Shown: one piece after another, positions 61,875 to 64,000 of the stretch
How positions within the stretch are numbered: the stretch's first letter is position 1
Layout of the letters: each line of letters opens with the position of its first letter
NCBI GenBank assembly: GCA_902594865.1
Contig: CACJNV010000002.1
Span: 31,121-95,120 of the forward strand
Length of the DNA stretch: 64,000 nucleotides
From: an uncultured Pelagibacteraceae bacterium
GTDB taxonomy: Bacteria > Pseudomonadota > Alphaproteobacteria > Pelagibacterales > Pelagibacteraceae
Reading direction: 5' to 3'
The notes under the pieces: generated by a model
What the model was told of the DNA's origin: nothing
Databases searched by the model: none
The model's input: only the letters and a program-made list of their open reading frames with translations
Translations under genes and position numbers: made by a program

Positions 61875-63075
61875 ACTTCAGTGATTTTATAGGATCCATA
61901 TTTGCAGCTTTGAGCGCTGGAAATATAGAAACTACTATTGTTATTAATATCGAACAGATTGTTATAATTACTATAGAATTAATATTTATTTCTGAGGGCA
62001 TCTTGCTTAAAAAATATATTTCCTCTGGAAATAAACTAACATTAAAAGTAGAGCTTAGAAATTGTCTAATGTTTTCCACATAAATTGAGAATGTTACACC
62101 TAAAAATATTCCAAAAATTGTTGCTGAAGTTCCAATTGAAACACCAACAAGAAAAAAAATTTTAATTATAGATTTATTTAAAACTCCAATAGATTTTAAA
62201 ATTGCGATATCTCGAGTTTTATTTTTAACTAAAATTGTTAAACCTGAAATTATATTAAATGCAGCAACAATAATAATTAAAGATAAAATAATAAACATCA
62301 CATTTCTCTCAACTTTAAGTGCTGAAAATAATGAACTATTCATATCAGCCCATGTATATACAAATGCATCAGGATATAGTTTAATCAGTTTTTGTTTATG
62401 ATTTTCTATATTTTTTGGGTCTTTAAAATAATACTCGGTAAATCTATCATTTTTATTTTTATCAAAAAAATCTTCTAAAGTTTTTAAATTTATATAAGCT
62501 ATATTTTCATCATATTCTGATAATCCACTTTCAAATATTGAGGTTATAAGAAATAATTTTTGCTTTGGTAAAGACCCAACTAACGTTTGAACTCCTGAGG
62601 GTGAAGTAATTGAAACCTCATCTCCAATATCAAATCCTAAGATATTACTTAAATCTCGACCAATAGAAATTGTATTTTCATTCAAATTTTTAGAACCAAA
62701 AAAACTATCATTATTTGAAATTTTCAGATCTTTAAAATCTTTTTCTAAATAACCTTTTAGCAAAACTCCTTTGGTGCCATTCTTGTGAAAAATAACTGCT
62801 TCTCCGTCATTTGATAAAACGCCTTTGGCAAAATCTTTATCTAAAAAAACCAACTGTTTATCGTAAGGTTTTACAACCGCATGAGCATTAAAGCCAACAA
62901 TCTTGTCAATTAATTCAGTTCTAAATCCATTCATGACAGACATAACAATAATAAGAACTGCAACACCGAGGCTTATGCCAATAAAAGAAAAAATTGATAT
63001 AACATTCAAAAAACCATCTTTTTTTCTGGCTTTTAAAAATCTAAAAGTAATTTCTTTTTCTAAAGTAGAAATCAA
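61867..63075 (-). CDS. lolC: Lipoprotein-releasing ABC transporter permease LolC/E
   Basis: GI.LGVA.LIIVMSVMNGF, VAAFNIIS.L..LVK.K..DIAILK, FPA.KAA..DP. Confidence 0.9.
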   Translation of the reverse strand: MISTLEKEITFRFLKARKKDGFLNVISIFSFIGISLGVAVLIIVMSVMNGFRTELIDKIVGFNAHAVVKPYDKQLVFLDKDFAKGVLSNDGEAVIFHKNGTKGVLLKGYLEKDFKDLKISNNDSFFGSKNLNENTISIGRDLSNILGFDIGDEVSITSPSGVQTLVGSLPKQKLFLITSIFESGLSEYDENIAYINLKTLEDFFDKNKNDRFTEYYFKDPKNIENHKQKLIKLYPDAFVYTWADMNSSLFSALKVERNVMFIILSLIIIVAAFNIISGLTILVKNKTRDIAILKSIGVLNKSIIKIFFLVGVSIGTSATIFGIFLGVTFSIYVENIRQFLSSTFNVSLFPEEIYFLSKMPSEININSIVIITICSILITIVVSIFPALKAANMDPIKSLKYE

Positions 63076-64000
63076 ATTGAATTTTTTTGTTTAGTTATAA
63101 TTTCTATAATTTTACCTAGTGGTAAATTTTGAGTTTCTTCACCAGTTTCTTTAAACTCTAATAAATCACCTTCGCTTTTTTTACCAATAATAATTTGATA
63201 CGGGGCTCCAATTAAATTCATTTTTTTAATTTTAGATGAAAAATTTTCATCTGTATCATCAATGATTGCATCAATATTATTTTTGAGTAATTCTTTATTT
63301 ATATTGTTTGCTTTATCTAAAGCTAAGGTGTCATTTTTATTTATCATAGGTATTATAGCAATATCATAAGGAGCAACAGACAATGGCCATTTCATGATTT
63401 CATTTTTGTCATCATATTTTGCCTCAATTATAGCCCCTACTAACCTTGATACACCAATTCCATAAGAACCCATTTTAACAAAATCTTTCTTTCCCCCTGG
63501 TAAATCAACTGATGCACCCATTGGTTTTGAATACTTGTCACCAAAATAAAATATATGACCTACTTCAATACCTTTTGTAATCAATTTATTTTCCTTAGAA
63601 ACATTTTTTTCAAACTCATCTTTATTAAACTTTTCATCGGTTACAGCATAAAACTGTTCATATTTTTTTCTCATACTCTCTAATGATGTTTTTTCTAGTT
63701 CAGTATCATCACTATCAAGATCAAATATTCTTTTATCTGTAAAAATTTTACTTTCTCCTGTATCAGCAAGAATAATAAATTCATGAGATAAATTTCCACC
63801 TATAGGTCCTGTTTCAGCAGCCATTGGTATTGCTGTCAAAGACAATCTTTTAAATGTTCTCAAATATGAAAGAAAAAATTTATTATAAGAATAAAAAGCT
63901 TCTTCATCAGATACATCAAATGAATAGGCGTCTTTCATATAAAATTCTCTACCACGCATAATTCCAAATCTAGGTCTAATTTCATCTCTAAACTTCCATT
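63072..64000 (-). CDS. proS: Proline--tRNA ligase (partial; 5' end outside the window)
   Basis: The frame stays open past 63959 to the edge (WKFRDEIRPRFGIMRGREF.MKDAYSF, motif 2); GIEVGHIF, MGSYGIGVSR (motif 3). Confidence 0.96.
   Translation of the reverse strand, partial: WKFRDEIRPRFGIMRGREFYMKDAYSFDVSDEEAFYSYNKFFLSYLRTFKRLSLTAIPMAAETGPIGGNLSHEFIILADTGESKIFTDKRIFDLDSDDTELEKTSLESMRKKYEQFYAVTDEKFNKDEFEKNVSKENKLITKGIEVGHIFYFGDKYSKPMGASVDLPGGKKDFVKMGSYGIGVSRLVGAIIEAKYDDKNEIMKWPLSVAPYDIAIIPMINKNDTLALDKANNINKELLKNNIDAIIDDTDENFSSKIKKMNLIGAPYQIIIGKKSEGDLLEFKETGEETQNLPLGKIIEIITKQKNSI

Overview
Very AT-rich, gene-dense chromosomal segment with minimal intergenic DNA and many overlapping stop/start codons. 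Gene content and order indicate a streamlined marine alphaproteobacterium, most likely Candidatus Pelagibacter (SAR11); this is inferred from synteny and composition. Most of the window is core genome: nagZ-argS-dgt, erpA-xth, znuABC/zur, manC-ilvD-valS, three tRNAs, aapJQMP, ntrYX-trkAH, ispDF, lipA-ftsB-eno-kdsA-pyrG-secG-tpiA, ppiD-trpEGDC-lexA-gltX, the lpx/bamA/dxr/frr/tsf/rpsB cluster and dnaE-lolDC-proS. One accessory-looking co-oriented block (about 9.4-12.9 kb) holds a PhyH-type Fe(II)/2OG dioxygenase and a regulator-less ars operon (a 73-aa SemiSWEET-like 3-TM protein, ArsC and an AqpS-type MIP channel). It also holds a divergent PiT-like permease, preceded by two tandem 44-bp inverted-repeat units at a 72-bp period. 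This block is the best candidate for an undescribed system. Other points of note: a four-element phased LexA operator, tandem Zur boxes, an expanding His/Asp repeat in ZnuA, a degenerate NtrX ATPase site, a PAS-less NtrY, an altered TrkH filter, an 86-aa protein in the ftsN position, and clean local absence of pyrH, rseP, ntrBC and pdh. No mobile element or CRISPR array was seen.
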